NCBI GenBank assembly: GCA_050613775.1
Contig: JBODTK010000100.1
Coordinates: 434,001 to 498,000 of the forward strand
Length of the DNA stretch: 64,000 bases
Source of the DNA: Neocallimastix sp. 'constans'
Lineage: Eukaryota
Direction of reading: 5' to 3'
Every line of letters begins with the position of its first letter. The first letter of the stretch is position 1. The notes below the pieces were generated by a model. It was not told the origin of the DNA. It made no database searches and saw only the letters and a list, made by a program, of their open reading frames with translations. A program made the translations under genes and the position numbers. Shown here piece after piece: positions 1 through 12,733 of this stretch.

Positions 1-2997
1 CTTACCCAATAATGAACAGAAGGAAGAAATTCCTCTTGACTCAATAATTCCAGATTCCATACCTGAAGACGAACTTAAAGATATGAACATTTGCGCTGCT
101 TTAGTTCACAATAGTGAAATTAAGAATACCAAAAGAAATAAAAAAATAATTAAAAAATATTATTATGACCTTTGTATTGTATTTGAAAAGAAAGAAGCTG
201 ATAAACTCCCTCCACACCGTGTTTATGATATATCCATTGATTTAGTTCCCGGTGTTCAACTTTATTTTGGACCAATTTATTCGTTGACTGTTGAAGAAAA
301 GAAGGCACTTCGTGAATACATTAAGGAAAACCTTGCTAAAGGATTCATTAGAAAATCAAAATCTCCTGCTGGTGCCCCGGTGCTATTTGTTAGAAAACGT
401 GACGGTTCTCTTAGACTTTGTGTTGACTATAGAAAGCTCAATTCTATCACCATTAGAAACAGTTATCCAATTCCTAGGATATCTGATTTGATAGAATCAT
501 TTAAAGGTGCTATTATTTTCTCTCGGCTTGACTTAAGATCTGCCTATAACTTAGTTCGTGTCAAGAAAGGCCATGAATACCTTACTGCTTTTCGTACTCC
601 TTTTGGTCATTTTGAATACCGTGTAATGCCTTTTGGTTTACGTAATGCACCTTCGGTTTTTCAACGCTTTATCCAAGACATTTTTTCTGATGATATTGGC
701 TTGTTTCTCTTTGTCTACTTAGATGACATTATAATATATTCGAAAAACCTTACTGAACATATTAAACATGTTCATCATGTCCTTTCCTTGTTAGTCAAAA
801 ATGGTCTCTATGTAAAACTTGAAAAATGTGAATTTCACATTCCTGAAACTACTTTTTTAGGGTTTGTTGTATCAATAAATGGCCTTTCTATGGATAAAAA
901 CAAAGTAAAATCAATTCTTGAATGGCCTACTCCAAAAAACATGAATGAACTTCAAAGTTTCCTCGGACTCTGTAACTACTATAGGAAATTCATAAAGAAT
1001 TTCGCCATAATTATGGAACCCTTAAGAATACTCCTCAAGAAGAATAACGAGTTCAAATGGAATGATGATGCTGAGAATGCCTTCAAAAAATTAAAACTTG
1101 CTTTTACCACAGACGAAATCCTTATCTACCCCGATCCAGATAAGGAATTCACTGTTGAAACTGATGCCAGTGATTTTGCTGTGGGTTGCATTCTTTCTCA
1201 AATCAGTGACAAGGATAACGAACTTCACCCTGTCGCTTTTCATTCTAGGTCTTTGTCATCTTCTGAATTAAATTATACAATATATGACAAGGAACTACTC
1301 GCTATTATCACCGCTTTTGAAACCTGGCGTCACCACCTTGAAGGGGCTAAGTTTCCTGTTCAAATCATTACCGATCACAGGAATTTATTATATTTTAAAA
1401 AGCCTCAACATTTAAACCAACGCCAGATAAGATGGAGCCTCTTTCTTTCTAAGTTTGACTTTAGGATTTCGTTCAGACCTGGATCAAGGTGTGGTAAACC
1501 AGATTCGTTGTCGAGACGTCCGGATTATAAATCCGTGGTTTCCCTCCACAACAAAGACCGTCCTTTATTGGATGATAATGCCTTTTGTTGTGCAAACACT
1601 ATTATCAGTAGCTTGATTGATACCCAACCGACTGACAAATTTTGTGGATCAAGGAGTAGTGAACCAGATTCGTCGTCGAGACGTCCGGATTATAATTCCG
1701 TGGTTTCCCTCCACAACAAAGACCGTCCTTTATTGGATGATAATGCCTTATGTTGTGCAAACACTGATAATATTAGTAGTTTGATTGATGCCCAAACGGC
1801 TGACACATATTGCAAATCTATTTTAGAAAAGATTAAAACTAAGTCAAACACAGTTAAAAGTTCTTTATTTTCTTTAAATGAAGGGGTCTTACATTTCCAA
1901 AACAGAATCATCGTCCCATCCACTTTAAGAGCAAGAATTTTGAAATCTTTTCATGATTCACCCACCAACGGACACCAAGGTATTGACAAAACTCTTGAAA
2001 AAATCAAGAGATACTACTGGTGGCCTAATATGAAGAAAGATATTCATAATTATGTACTTTCTTGTTCAACTTGTGCAGGTGTAAAATTCGTAGACATAAA
2101 CCCTACGGAAAAATTCAACCGTTGCCTGTTCCCAATAAACCATGGGAAATTATTGGGGTTGATTTTATAGTTTCGTTACCTAGTTCACAAGATTGCACAT
2201 GTATTATGGTGGTTTCGGATCACTTAACAAAGATGATCCATTTAGTACCTTGCTCCGACGTCCCTTCCGCTGACCTGACCGCCAAGATGCTCCTTTACAA
2301 TGTTTTTCGGTATCATGGATTCCCTAAAATCATTGTCTCTGATCATGGCTCCCAGTTCTCTTCTGAATTTTGGACCTCACTCTGCTCAGCTCTAAATACT
2401 AAGCCAAGACTCGCTACTGTTCATCACCAACAAACAAATGGTCAAGTTGAAAGGGCTAATTCCGTAATCGAACAATATTTACGATGCTACTGTTCTACTG
2501 CCCAAAATGAATGGTGCTTTTATCTACCTCTTTGTGAAATGGCTTATAACAACTCATTTCACAAATCTATAAACATGTCGCCTTTCTGTGCAAAATATGG
2601 TTTTAATCCAGTATGCAATATTGACTCTCCTCCTGTTCTTTTAAAAGATAATGATTCTGTACTTACTAGGGATTGGTCTGCCCACTTTGATGCCCTTAAA
2701 AAGCACCTTATCAAAGCTAAAGAAGATTTCAAAAAGTTTGGTGACTCTAGGAAAGCTTCTGGTCCTACTTTCCATGTTAACGACATGATTTGGTTGAAAA
2801 GGTATTACTTCTCCAATGAACCTGCAAAAAAGCTTTCTAACCATTATCTTGGACCCTTTAAGGTCATAGAAGTGAGGGAAAGAATGAACTACCGGCTTGA
2901 ATTACCAGAAAAATCTTCATTTACACCAGGTATTTCATATCTCGCAGTTGGAGCCTTATACTGAAAGAGACATAGGATTAAAGGAACCATCACCATA
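1..2997 (+). pseudogene. pol: Gypsy pol (RT, RNase H, integrase) with frameshifts near 2070-2100 and ~2910
   Basis: ORF 83-2170 has LCVDYRKLN, YLDD, ETDASDFAVG and the HH of the integrase zinc finger. ORF 2062-2964 has the integrase core (GVDF, SDHGSQF, GQVER) and GPF motif. No chromodomain is evident at the C-terminus. Confidence 0.92.
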
Positions 2998-3007
2998 AAG
3001 GGAGCAA

Positions 3008-3783
3008 TGTAAGAATCTATAATTATTTTTAACAAAATAATTATATTTTCTTAGTTAGGTTATTATTAATTTAACTTTTATTTAACTCATATTTCATTTA
3101 TACACCTAATTATAATTAATAATTTATTTAATTATATATTAAAATTTTATTTAGTTTAATATTAATAATTTATTTAATTAAATAATTTTTATACATTTAA
3201 AATAATATTAAATTTATTTAATTATTCACTTAATTATTAAATTTATTAGTTTTAGTTTTCTCTCACTTATTAAATCATAAACTAAAACGCTATTCTGTAT
3301 TTTATCATGTATTCTGTATTTTATCATGTATTCTGTATTCTATCATGTATTCTGTATTCTATCATGTATTCTGTATTGTATTAATCATGTATTTTATTAT
3401 TAATGTATTGTTTTATATTTTTAATGTAAAGTTCTATAAAATAGAACTAAATAGATTAAATTTTAAATTTTATGATCGAAATAATTTTCATTTATTTTAT
3501 TCTTTTATTTTCGATCATTATATTAGATTAAGTAATCGGTTAATTAAGGTTTTTCCAATTACTTCTTAAAAGTAATCGGTTTTACTTAATTAACACGATG
3601 ATCGATATGGATAGAATATCGATCAAAAAACTTATCTAGGTTTTTCTTCTAGTCTTTTCCTAGATAAGAGATTTGTTAAGATTAGAACTCCTTTTGATTT
3701 TAACCTTATTTTGACAAAAAAAGTATAAATAAGGCTCTTGAGTTCTCTTTGAGAAATCAAGAGTTATTATTATAACAATTATA

Positions 3784-3828
<45 letters not shown>

Positions 3829-4068
3829 GTTTTAACATTTAAAGTTTCTAATAATTAATAAAACAAATTATTTTAAAAACAAATTTTATAATTAAAACTT
3901 TTCTTTATCAATTTCAGTGTTTCGTCTATTATAATTCGTTATAATAAACTCAATAATTAGAAAGAACCATAGGTAAGTATGATTCTTTTCCAAACCTTTA
4001 ATATTAGCAGTTAGAGCTAATATTAAAGATTAATAATTTAATTATAATTTTTTAATTAAATTATTACA
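3008..4068 (+). repeat. 3' LTR, family A
   Basis: TGTAA...TTACA termini; follows PPT; TATAAATA at 3724; reverse-complement similarity to 6111-6998 and 13331-14135. Confidence 0.88.
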
Positions 4069-4071
4069 TTT

Positions 4072-4555
4072 TGATACGGTACCACCATAAATACCATAAT
4101 TTAGTGAAACTTAGGTTAGGAATTATTTGATAAAATCTTATTGGTTAATAATAATTTAGTAATAATATGTATAGTTAGTAAATAATAATAATTTAAAGAA
4201 TGGTTCTTTTATTAATATTAATTTAGTTTTATTAATAATTTAACATATAAACATGTTTATTAGTATAGTTTAGTGTAGTTTTATATTTAGTTTACATTAA
4301 TAACATAAGAGATTTTAGTAATTAATTATATTTTAACTAGTTAACAAATATTTATATTGATGATATATTTTTATTGATGAATGATAATAAATAAATAAAA
4401 TAAATAAACTAAATATTAAAGTGTGAATATTACTATTGTGTGTATTATTCTATATAATGTTAGAATATATTATTTTGTCAATTATTCCCTACTGTTATCG
4501 TCCAAATAAAATAAAATAAATATTGATATTGATGTTTAATAAAAATATCGTATCA
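4072..4555. mobile_element. Solo LTR, family B
   Basis: Perfect TGATACG...CGTATCA terminal inverted repeat; other copies at 15098-15559 and 24196-24694. Confidence 0.85.
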
Positions 4556-4561
4556 TTTTTG

Positions 4562-4777
4562 TGTAATAATCATACTAAGTACTATCACTTAATATGATTA
4601 TTAACTTCAACTTAACGATTAATTCATTAAGTTGAGAAAATAAAAAAAAGTTTTACCTGAATATTGGTGGAGTTTATTATAAAATTAATTATAATAATAA
4701 CACGAAAAATAAGAAGAAAGATTTGTATAAATTTAATTTTTTAAAGTATGTTTTTTGAATAAAATATTTTATTAATT
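4562..4777 (-). mobile_element. Truncated LTR, family A-related
   Basis: Starts TGTAATAATCATACTAAGT like 5148; similarity stops at ~4780. Confidence 0.7.
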
Positions 4778-5139
4778 TGTTAAAGTTAACCCCTAATAAA
4801 TAATTAGTAATAGATTAATATATAAGTATTATTTATTATAAGTTAAATAATAATTATATTAATAATAAAAAAATAATATAAAATATTTAATAATTAATTT
4901 TTATTATACAAAGAAATGGCTTTACCATTTCTATTATTTTAAGAAAAAAATATAAATAACAGTAAAAAAATTGTATTTTTTTATATATTGTAATTTTAAT
5001 ATTGTAATTCTTAAATAAAAATTTAATAAAGGATTTATAAAACAAAAATTTATTTTGTTTATTATTTTTCTTGTTTGTTTATTTTTTATTGTTTATATTA
5101 ATACTTATTTTTATTTTTCCCTCTCTCCGAACCTTAACA
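4778..5139. mobile_element. Probable solo LTR (family E)
   Basis: TGTTAA...TTAACA termini, between other LTRs; no second copy in the window. Confidence 0.45.
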
Positions 5140-5147
5140 TTTATAAA

Positions 5148-6105
5148 TGTAATAATCATACTAAGTTCTATTACTAAATATGATTATTAACTTCAACTTA
5201 ATAACTAATTCATTAAGTTGAGAAATAAAATAAAAATAAAAATTTTACCTAAAAAAGAGTTTATTATAAAATTAATTATAATAACAACACAAAAACCAAA
5301 GGAAGAAATATTTGTATAAAGTTAAAGTTGGTTTTAAAAAATATGTTTTTGAATAAAATATTTTATTAATTTATTAAAGTTTAGAATGTAATATTGTTAT
5401 TATTATAACTATCTTTTTTATAATAATAACTCTTGATTTCTTAAAGAGAAATCAAGAGCCCTTTTTATATTTTTTTATTGAATTAAGGTTAAATAAAAAG
5501 TTTTTTCTAATCTTAAAAATTATCTTATCTAGAAAAAGATTAGAAGAAAAAACTAGATACGTTTTGATCGATATTGTATTCATATCGATCATCGTATATA
5601 TTAAGTAAAACCAAATATATTATTTTATATTTAGATAAAACCTTAATATATCGATTTTCTAAATTTTAATTTAGATCATCAAATAAAAGGAAAAATAAAT
5701 AATAACCGGAATGATCTAAATTATTCTATTTTTCTAAATATTATTTTTAAAATCTAATCTAAACTTATTAACATAAAATTATCTTTAAAAAATACAAAAA
5801 CTTATTAATTGTTCTTTTAAATGTACAATGTACAAAATAAATAGAACTAATGTTTACATTAACTTAATAATTAAATGAATAACTAAATAAAATTAATAAT
5901 ATTAATAAAAGTATTCATAATAATTATTTAAATAAATTTTTTTATATTATTTTAGTGTATGAATAATTATATTTTTAATAAATTTGATAATAATATTTCA
6001 ATGTATGAATTAATTATAATTTAAATAAATTTATAATTATTATCAATAATTATAAAGACTAAGAAATAGTAATTATTTATTAATAAATAATTATTATTTC
6101 TTACA
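5148..6105 (-). mobile_element. Solo LTR, family A-related, 5-bp TSD ATAAA
   Basis: TGTAA...TTACA; ATAAA at 5143-5147 and 6106-6110; shares the CTCTTGA..TCAAGAG palindrome with family A. Confidence 0.85.
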
Positions 6106-6110
6106 ATAAA

Positions 6111-6998
6111 TGTAATAATTCTATTAAGAACTAACTCAAAATAGAATTATTGACTACAACTTAACGACTAATTCATTAAGTTGAGAAAATAGAAAATAAA
6201 ATAAAATAATTTTTTTTACCTATAGAGTTTATTATAAAATTAATTATAATAATAACATGAAAAGCAAAAGAAGAATTATTCATATAAATTTGATTTTAAA
6301 AATATGTTTTTTTGAATAAAATATTTTATTAATTTATTAAAGTTAAAAATATAAAATTGTTACTATTATAACTATGTTTTTATAATAATAACTCTTGATT
6401 TCTCAAAGAGAACTCAAGAGCCTTATTTATATTTTTTTATGAAAATAAGGTTAAATAAGAAAGGGTTTTCTAATCTTAACAAATCTCTTATCTAGGAAAA
6501 GATTAGATAGAAAAACCTAGATAAGTTTTCGATCGATATTCCATCCATATCGATCATCGCATTAATTAAGTAAAACCGATTACTTCTAAAAGTAATTGGG
6601 AAAAATCTTAATTAACCGATTTTTCAATCTAATCTAATGATCGAAAATAAAAGAATAAAATAATAAAAGATATTTCGATCATATAATTTATCCTTATATA
6701 AAAAATATAAAATTAAATAGTTAATAAAATACAGAATACATTATAAAATACAGAATACATTATAAAATACAGAATACAATACAATACAGAATACATTAGT
6801 TATAGTAGAGAAATTAATATATTGTAAATATATTATTTAAAATTAATTAAATAAATTTTGTTAAATTAATGAATATTTAAAATTAAATTAAATAAATTTA
6901 ATGAATAAATATTATATGTAATTAAATAAAGTTATAGTTATAATAACTTAACTAAGAAAATATAATTATTTGTTAGCAAATAATTATAGATTCTTACA
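6111..6998 (-). mobile_element. Solo LTR, family A'
   Basis: Ends TAATTATAGATTCTTACA, the reverse complement of the start of LTR 3008; near-identical to 13331-14135. Confidence 0.88.
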
Positions 6999-7003
6999 GT
7001 TGA

Positions 7004-7794
7004 TGTAATAATTTTATTATAATATTTATTATAACAAAATTATTAACTACAACTTGATACTAACATCAAGTTGAGAAAATAAGAAAACAATTAGAAAAAA
7101 TAAATTTTAACTTATCTTGACAAAGAAGAGTTTATTATAAACAAATATAATAAACAACATAAAATAAAAGAACACTTATTGAAAATGTTGTAGATTTTAT
7201 TTATTATTATTATATATTTATTTAATATTTGTTATATAATAATAACTCTTGATTTCTCAAAAATTTAGAGAAATCGATAGTTATTTATACGAAAAATTAA
7301 ATAATAAAATTTTATAAATTTTATATAAAATAATAATTTAAAAGGTTTTCTAATCTTAACAATTATCTTATCTAGAAAAAGATTAGAAGAAAAAACTAGA
7401 TAAGTTCTTTAAGGAAAAACAAATTTATTATTATAATAAATTAGAAAAAACCTTAAAGTCCGATAAAATTAATTTATATTTTAATAAGAAAATAAAAAAC
7501 TTTAATGTCCGTTAATTCAAATTTTAATTAAAAATAATAATTAAATAATTAATTCATTACTATAGAAATTAATAAAATTTATAATTAATTAAATAAATTA
7601 AATAAAATAAATGTATACTAAATAAATTTATAGATAAAATTTTTAATTAAATTAAAACTATAATTAAATGTACAAATACATATTAACTTGATAAATAATT
7701 ACTAATTTAATGAATGAATGTATAAATTATATAATAGATAAATAATCAAATAAAGAAATTATAATTATTTAACAAATAATTATAGTTTCTTGCA
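7004..7794 (-). mobile_element. Solo LTR, family A-related, 5-bp TSD GTTGA
   Basis: TGTAA...TTGCA; GTTGA at 6999-7003 and 7795-7799. Confidence 0.82.
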
Positions 7795-7796
7795 GT

Positions 7797-8465
7797 TGAT
7801 AAATATTGAAAGTAATCTTAATTTTGATTTAGAATCAAAAAGTGATTATTTTCTTTATCAAAGTAAAATATAAAAAATAATAATAATAAAAATGTTTTAT
7901 AAAATAAACACAAAAGTTTTATTAGAAAACGCTCTTTTTCTAATATTTATTATTTAATTTTTATTTATAAATTTATTAAATTTTGATTATTAAAAATATA
8001 AAATTAAAATTACAAGTTATTAAATATTAATTTCATATATAATAATAATAAAGAAAAATAAGAAAAATATTAAAGGTATTTATATTTTTCCATAAACTTA
8101 AGCTATTTACAATTTAAAATAATTATTTAAAGTAAAATAAAACAAATAAATAATATTAATTTTATTAAATTAAAGAATTAATTAAGATCACAATAATTGT
8201 TTATTTATCATTTTAATTAGTACCTATTATTAAATCTTAAATTTTTTTTTTTTTAAAAAAATATTCAGTTAATTATTATTTAGTTAATTTCATGTCGGAG
8301 TTTGTTTGACTAAGATAATATTTTCATTTAATTTTATTGTTGATTAATTATTTTATTTTGTTTTCTAAAGTAATTTTAACTATAATTAATTATTTTATAT
8401 ATATAAGGTTAGTTTATTGTATAATTAGATATTAGAAACTATTTTTATAATTTTGTTATTTATCA
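7797..8465. mobile_element. Solo LTR, family F
   Basis: 9-bp terminal inverted repeat TGATAAATA...TATTTATCA. Confidence 0.7.
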
Positions 8466-9234
8466 TTGTTGTTACGGAACTAGCTAAAATACAAAAATTA
8501 AATAAACTAATGATTTAAATTATACAATTCGAAATTATAATTAAATTTAATAACTTTATATGTTAATTTAAACTATTTTTATAATTCCATAATTTTATTT
8601 TTAATTTAAAATAATTATATAAATTATCAAATTAAATTGATTAATGACTAATTATTAAATAATAATTATTTTATTAAATTGATTAATGACTAATTATTAA
8701 ATAATAATTATCAAATTAAATTGATTAATGACTAATTATTAAATAATAATTATTTTATTAAATTGATTAATGACTAATTATTAAATAATTATTATTTTAT
8801 TAAATTGATTAATGACTAATTATTAAATAATTATTATTTTATATTAATTAAATTGTTTTATTATTATATTTAATTATTATTTATATTAAATTGTTTTAAG
8901 AATTATATTATCGAAAATATTACCAATAATTTTATTGTTAAATTTATTAATTTTATCATTATTAATATTTTGTCATTAAAAATAATTATTAGTATTACTA
9001 TTTTTATTATTAAAATAACTTTTAAAAAATATTATTAAAATCACATGTAATAATTATTCTAATAAGAATTAAAATAATTATAAAATTCATAAAGTAAAAA
9101 AAAGTATAAAAGAAAAAGAAAATACTTAATAAAAAATGGAAGAGAGTTAATAAAGATAAAAAGAAAATTTAATTATTAAGAATATATTATTTTTGGAGAA
9201 TAAAAATTTAAATTATTAGAAATCCTGCAACATT

Positions 9235-9251
9235 TGGCGAGCTATGCAGGA
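9235..9251 (+). promoter_or_regulatory. Primer binding site, probably tRNA-Arg
   Basis: TGGCGAGCTATGCAGGA 2 nt after the LTR end; its complement ends GCTCG-CCA as in eukaryotic tRNA-Arg(ACG). Confidence 0.7.
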
Positions 9252-9320
9252 CACAATCAAAAATAATATGAAAATTAATAATTAAAAATAAAATATTGAG
9301 TTAAAAATAATTAATTGTTT

Positions 9321-9351
<31 letters not shown>

Positions 9352-9373
9352 AAACGAAAAGAGAAGAGTAGAA

Positions 9374-10225
9374 ATGAAGATTTTGGAATTAGAAGAGCTA
9401 CTTCCTAGATTGGACGAAAACTTGAAGGACGTGGACTCTTGGGGAGACGAATTTACTCGAATAATGAAACTAGCCAACATTACTAGTCCTTCTAGTATTC
9501 ATACTTGGGCCATGGAATGCACAGAAGGGAAACTCAGAGGAGTTTTACAGGAGCTTGTGACTACTGATCAAGAAGGAAATGAAGTCTACCCATCGTTTCA
9601 AGAAATAAAGAAAGCGTTAGAAGACGCAATGGAAATAACCCCTCAAGAGAAGTGCAAAAGACTTCAGAAGATGGTTATTCAAAAAGGAGAGTCTATTAAA
9701 AATTTTAATTGGAGGTATAAAAAGCTATAAAATAATCTTAGTAAACTTTATCAGACCTTTATAACCGTAGACGACTATATCGATTCCATAGCTTACAGAC
9801 CTTACGCAAGAGCTCAAGTAATAACGCAGAGGTGTGAAGATCTTGAAGAGGCATTCGAAGAAGCAGAACTCGCTGAGAGAGCCGAAGAAAGAAGGAATAA
9901 AAGAAATGAAACTAACATGACAGCCGTATATACTAATCAAAGTTCTAGGCTGGATAAATTTATAAAAAATCATCCATTCAAACAATTTGGAATCAATAAT
10001 CATCAACAGAATGATAACATAAACTATTATGGTAAAAACAGTAAAGCAAATCAAAAATTTAAAAATAATTCTGTAATTTCCAAGAAACCATCAAAGGAGT
10101 TAAAATGCTTTAAATGTAACCAAATTGGACATGTAATTAGACAGTGTCCATATAGTTATAAAGAGTTAGCCGAAATGGAAGAATCTGGAAAGTTGACAAC
10201 TGAAAATAACTCTTTAAACTATTAA
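9374..10225 (+). pseudogene. gag: Gag with CCHC zinc knuckle, one in-frame TAA at 9728-9730
   Basis: ORFs 9374-9730 and 9917-10225 are in the same frame; CFKCNQIGHVIRQC; similar to gag at 59229 (ESIKNFNWRYKKL vs ERIKDFNIKYKTL). Confidence 0.88.
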
Positions 10226-12528
10226 TGGGAAGAAGGAAAACTTCCATTAATCAAACCAATAATTTAAAACTAGACGTAATAGCCGTAGCCACAAGAAACG
10301 CAAAAGATAAGCAGAAATATCAACCTTATGAAAAATTACAAAAAATAACAACCTTAAGGGATAATCCAATTCCAATACCAGTTCCAACAAATAGGAAAGA
10401 AAATAATTTAAAAAGAACCAACAATAAAATAGTGACAGAAGAAAAACAAAATGATTCTAATACAAATGAAAATACTGAAAAATTGAAAGAAATTGATCTA
10501 TCAGTAATTGCTCAACCTTCAATAAACAAATCAAAAAAGGACTCGAAAGAACAAAGAAATAAAGATATATATCAAGAAGCAAAAGTAATGAATGAATCCA
10601 ACTTAAATAAAAAAGACTCTTTCTCAATAGAACCGCAACATAATAATGATAATAAGCTACATCCTATTGCTTATTTTTCTCGTAGTCTTAACAATGCCGA
10701 AATAAACTATTCGATTACCGATAAGGAACTTTTATCAATTAAAGAAGCTTTCTCATCATGGCGTCACCTTTTGTTAGGAGCTAAATTCAAGATTAAAGTT
10801 TTTACTGACCATAGAAATCTTCTTTATACCCTTGGAGGGAAGATAAGTAATCAACGTCAACATCGTTGGCATCTATTCTTCCAAGAATACGATTTTGAAC
10901 TTATTTATCGCCAAGGTAAAAAGAATGGCAAACCCGATTCGTTATCCAGAAGACCAGACTACCAAAAGGAAGATATAGAGGATAAACCTGAGTTCATCTT
11001 AGATAGTAAGAATATTGGTGAAATCCCCTGTTTAATTAGCATAACTAACGATCTTCTCAATAATATTAAAATAAACTTAAAAAATGATAAGGTTGCTGAG
11101 GATCTTCGTATATATTTTTCTGAAAATAATGTCTCTCAAGGTTTCCCTTATAAACCATTCCGCAAAATGAATAAATTTAAATTAGAAAATGATTTAATAT
11201 TCTACAACAATCTTATTTACATACCAGATCAACTTTGTTTAGATATTTTAACTCGTTATCATGAGAAACCTGCTGCGGGTCATCTTGGTGTCAAAAGAAC
11301 TTTGGAGTTAATCTCAAGAAACTTTTGGTGGCCCAAGATGGAAGATGATGTTAAGAATTTTGTAAAGTCGTGTGAAACATGTACGAGAAACAAAAAATCT
11401 AGGCACCGTAAATTTGGGTTACTTCAATCGCTTGACGTTCCAGAAAGACCTTGGAAATCAATCGAAATTGATTTCTTATGTGGTCTTCCACCATCCAAAG
11501 GTAATACGGTGATTATGGTTGTAGTTGATAGATTTTCAAAAATGATACACCTTATTCCCTTCAAAGATATTCCAAATTCCGTACAAACAGCTAAAGCTTT
11601 TATCAATAATATCTATAAACTCCATGGTCTACCCTATGATATTATTACGGATAGAGGTTCACAGTTTACGAGTGAACTTTGGCAAGAATTTCTATTCTTA
11701 TTAAATATTAAATCGATAATAGCTACCACTGACCACCATGAAACCGTAGGTCAAGTTGAACGATGCAATTCTTACATCGAACAATACCTTCGCTGCTTCT
11801 CAAGATCTTTCTATCATGATGATTGGGTTGATTTTCTTCCACTTGCTGAATTTGCTTATAACAACTCCATTCATCCATCCACTAACGAAACTCCCTTTTT
11901 TATCAACTATGGATTTCATCCTTACATGGATGAATATACACTACTCCCTACTTGTAACATTAATTATAAAATGGTTCAAAAAGTTTATGAAAGTTTTAAC
12001 CATGTTAAAGAAGTTCTTCTCCGATCCCAAGAGCTATATAAACGCTCTGCTGATAGAAAAAGAATTACCACTCCCTCTTACAACATTGACGACTTGGTAT
12101 GGATTCAAGCTCCACCTTCGTTAAATATTGAATCAAGCTCAAAATTAGCTCCATGCAAATATGGTCCATACAAAGTAACCAATATTTTACATAATAATAA
12201 TTATGAAATTGAACTTAAAAATTCACCCTTTCCTAAGCATCATAACGTTTTCCACATCTCTGAACTCGAACCATTCACACCAGTACCTGAAAAGATTAAA
12301 AAACGTTATAAAGATCCTGAGTTTATTAAGGATATTATTGAAATTGCGGGTTTTAGAACTAACTATAAGAAAAACAATACGAATATAAAATCCGTTATAA
12401 ATATCGTTCCTCCTATAATTGGGTACCTTCTTCTGAAGTTGAGGATAATCAAAGAAACCAAAATATTTTTATTAAATACATCAATAATAATAGGAAACCA
12501 GTGTCGATCTCATATAGTTTTTAATTAA
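10225..12528 (+). CDS. pol: Fusion pol: family G N-terminal spacer + family H RNase H (partial)/integrase; no protease or RT; late frameshift removes most of the chromodomain
   Basis: LHPIAYFSRSL...HHCC...DFL...TDRGSQF...GQVER...GPY; nearly identical to the C-terminal half of ORF 52195-55671. Confidence 0.85.
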   Translation: MGRRKTSINQTNNLKLDVIAVATRNAKDKQKYQPYEKLQKITTLRDNPIPIPVPTNRKENNLKRTNNKIVTEEKQNDSNTNENTEKLKEIDLSVIAQPSINKSKKDSKEQRNKDIYQEAKVMNESNLNKKDSFSIEPQHNNDNKLHPIAYFSRSLNNAEINYSITDKELLSIKEAFSSWRHLLLGAKFKIKVFTDHRNLLYTLGGKISNQRQHRWHLFFQEYDFELIYRQGKKNGKPDSLSRRPDYQKEDIEDKPEFILDSKNIGEIPCLISITNDLLNNIKINLKNDKVAEDLRIYFSENNVSQGFPYKPFRKMNKFKLENDLIFYNNLIYIPDQLCLDILTRYHEKPAAGHLGVKRTLELISRNFWWPKMEDDVKNFVKSCETCTRNKKSRHRKFGLLQSLDVPERPWKSIEIDFLCGLPPSKGNTVIMVVVDRFSKMIHLIPFKDIPNSVQTAKAFINNIYKLHGLPYDIITDRGSQFTSELWQEFLFLLNIKSIIATTDHHETVGQVERCNSYIEQYLRCFSRSFYHDDWVDFLPLAEFAYNNSIHPSTNETPFFINYGFHPYMDEYTLLPTCNINYKMVQKVYESFNHVKEVLLRSQELYKRSADRKRITTPSYNIDDLVWIQAPPSLNIESSSKLAPCKYGPYKVTNILHNNNYEIELKNSPFPKHHNVFHISELEPFTPVPEKIKKRYKDPEFIKDIIEIAGFRTNYKKNNTNIKSVINIVPPIIGYLLLKLRIIKETKIFLLNTSIIIGNQCRSHIVFN

Positions 12529-12733
12529 AAAAAAAAAAAAAAAAAAAATTTCTTTTAGAAATATATATTCAACACAATTTATTTTTCCAACTAGTTTGAA
12601 ATTCACATGGCCAATTGAACATTTATGTTCAAGTGAATTTCAAATATTTCTTGAGTATTCTTTTGAATACACTAATATCAAAAATATTAGTATTCCTGAA
12701 TTCGCCTGGAATGCGAATTCTTGGAAAGAGCGT

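Larger units (their letters stand above)
1..4068 (+). mobile_element. Ty3/Gypsy LTR retrotransposon (family A), 3' part: pol + PPT + 3' LTR; 5' end outside window
   Basis: RT-RNaseH-integrase order in ORFs; polypurine tract AAAGGGAGCAA at ~2997-3007 directly before TGTAAGAATC (3008); LTR ends TTATTACA (4068). Confidence 0.93.

Noticed and set aside
291..2844. Small alternate-frame and antisense ORFs overlapping pol (also at 11424-12388, 53336-55720, 60778-61029)
   Set aside because: Shadow ORFs of the pol coding sequence with no recognisable motifs.
8625..8840. Regularly spaced ~34-bp repeats (AAATTGATTAATGACTAATTATTAAATAAT) resembling a CRISPR array
   Set aside because: Tandem units without unique spacers inside an LTR U3; no cas genes; eukaryotic context.
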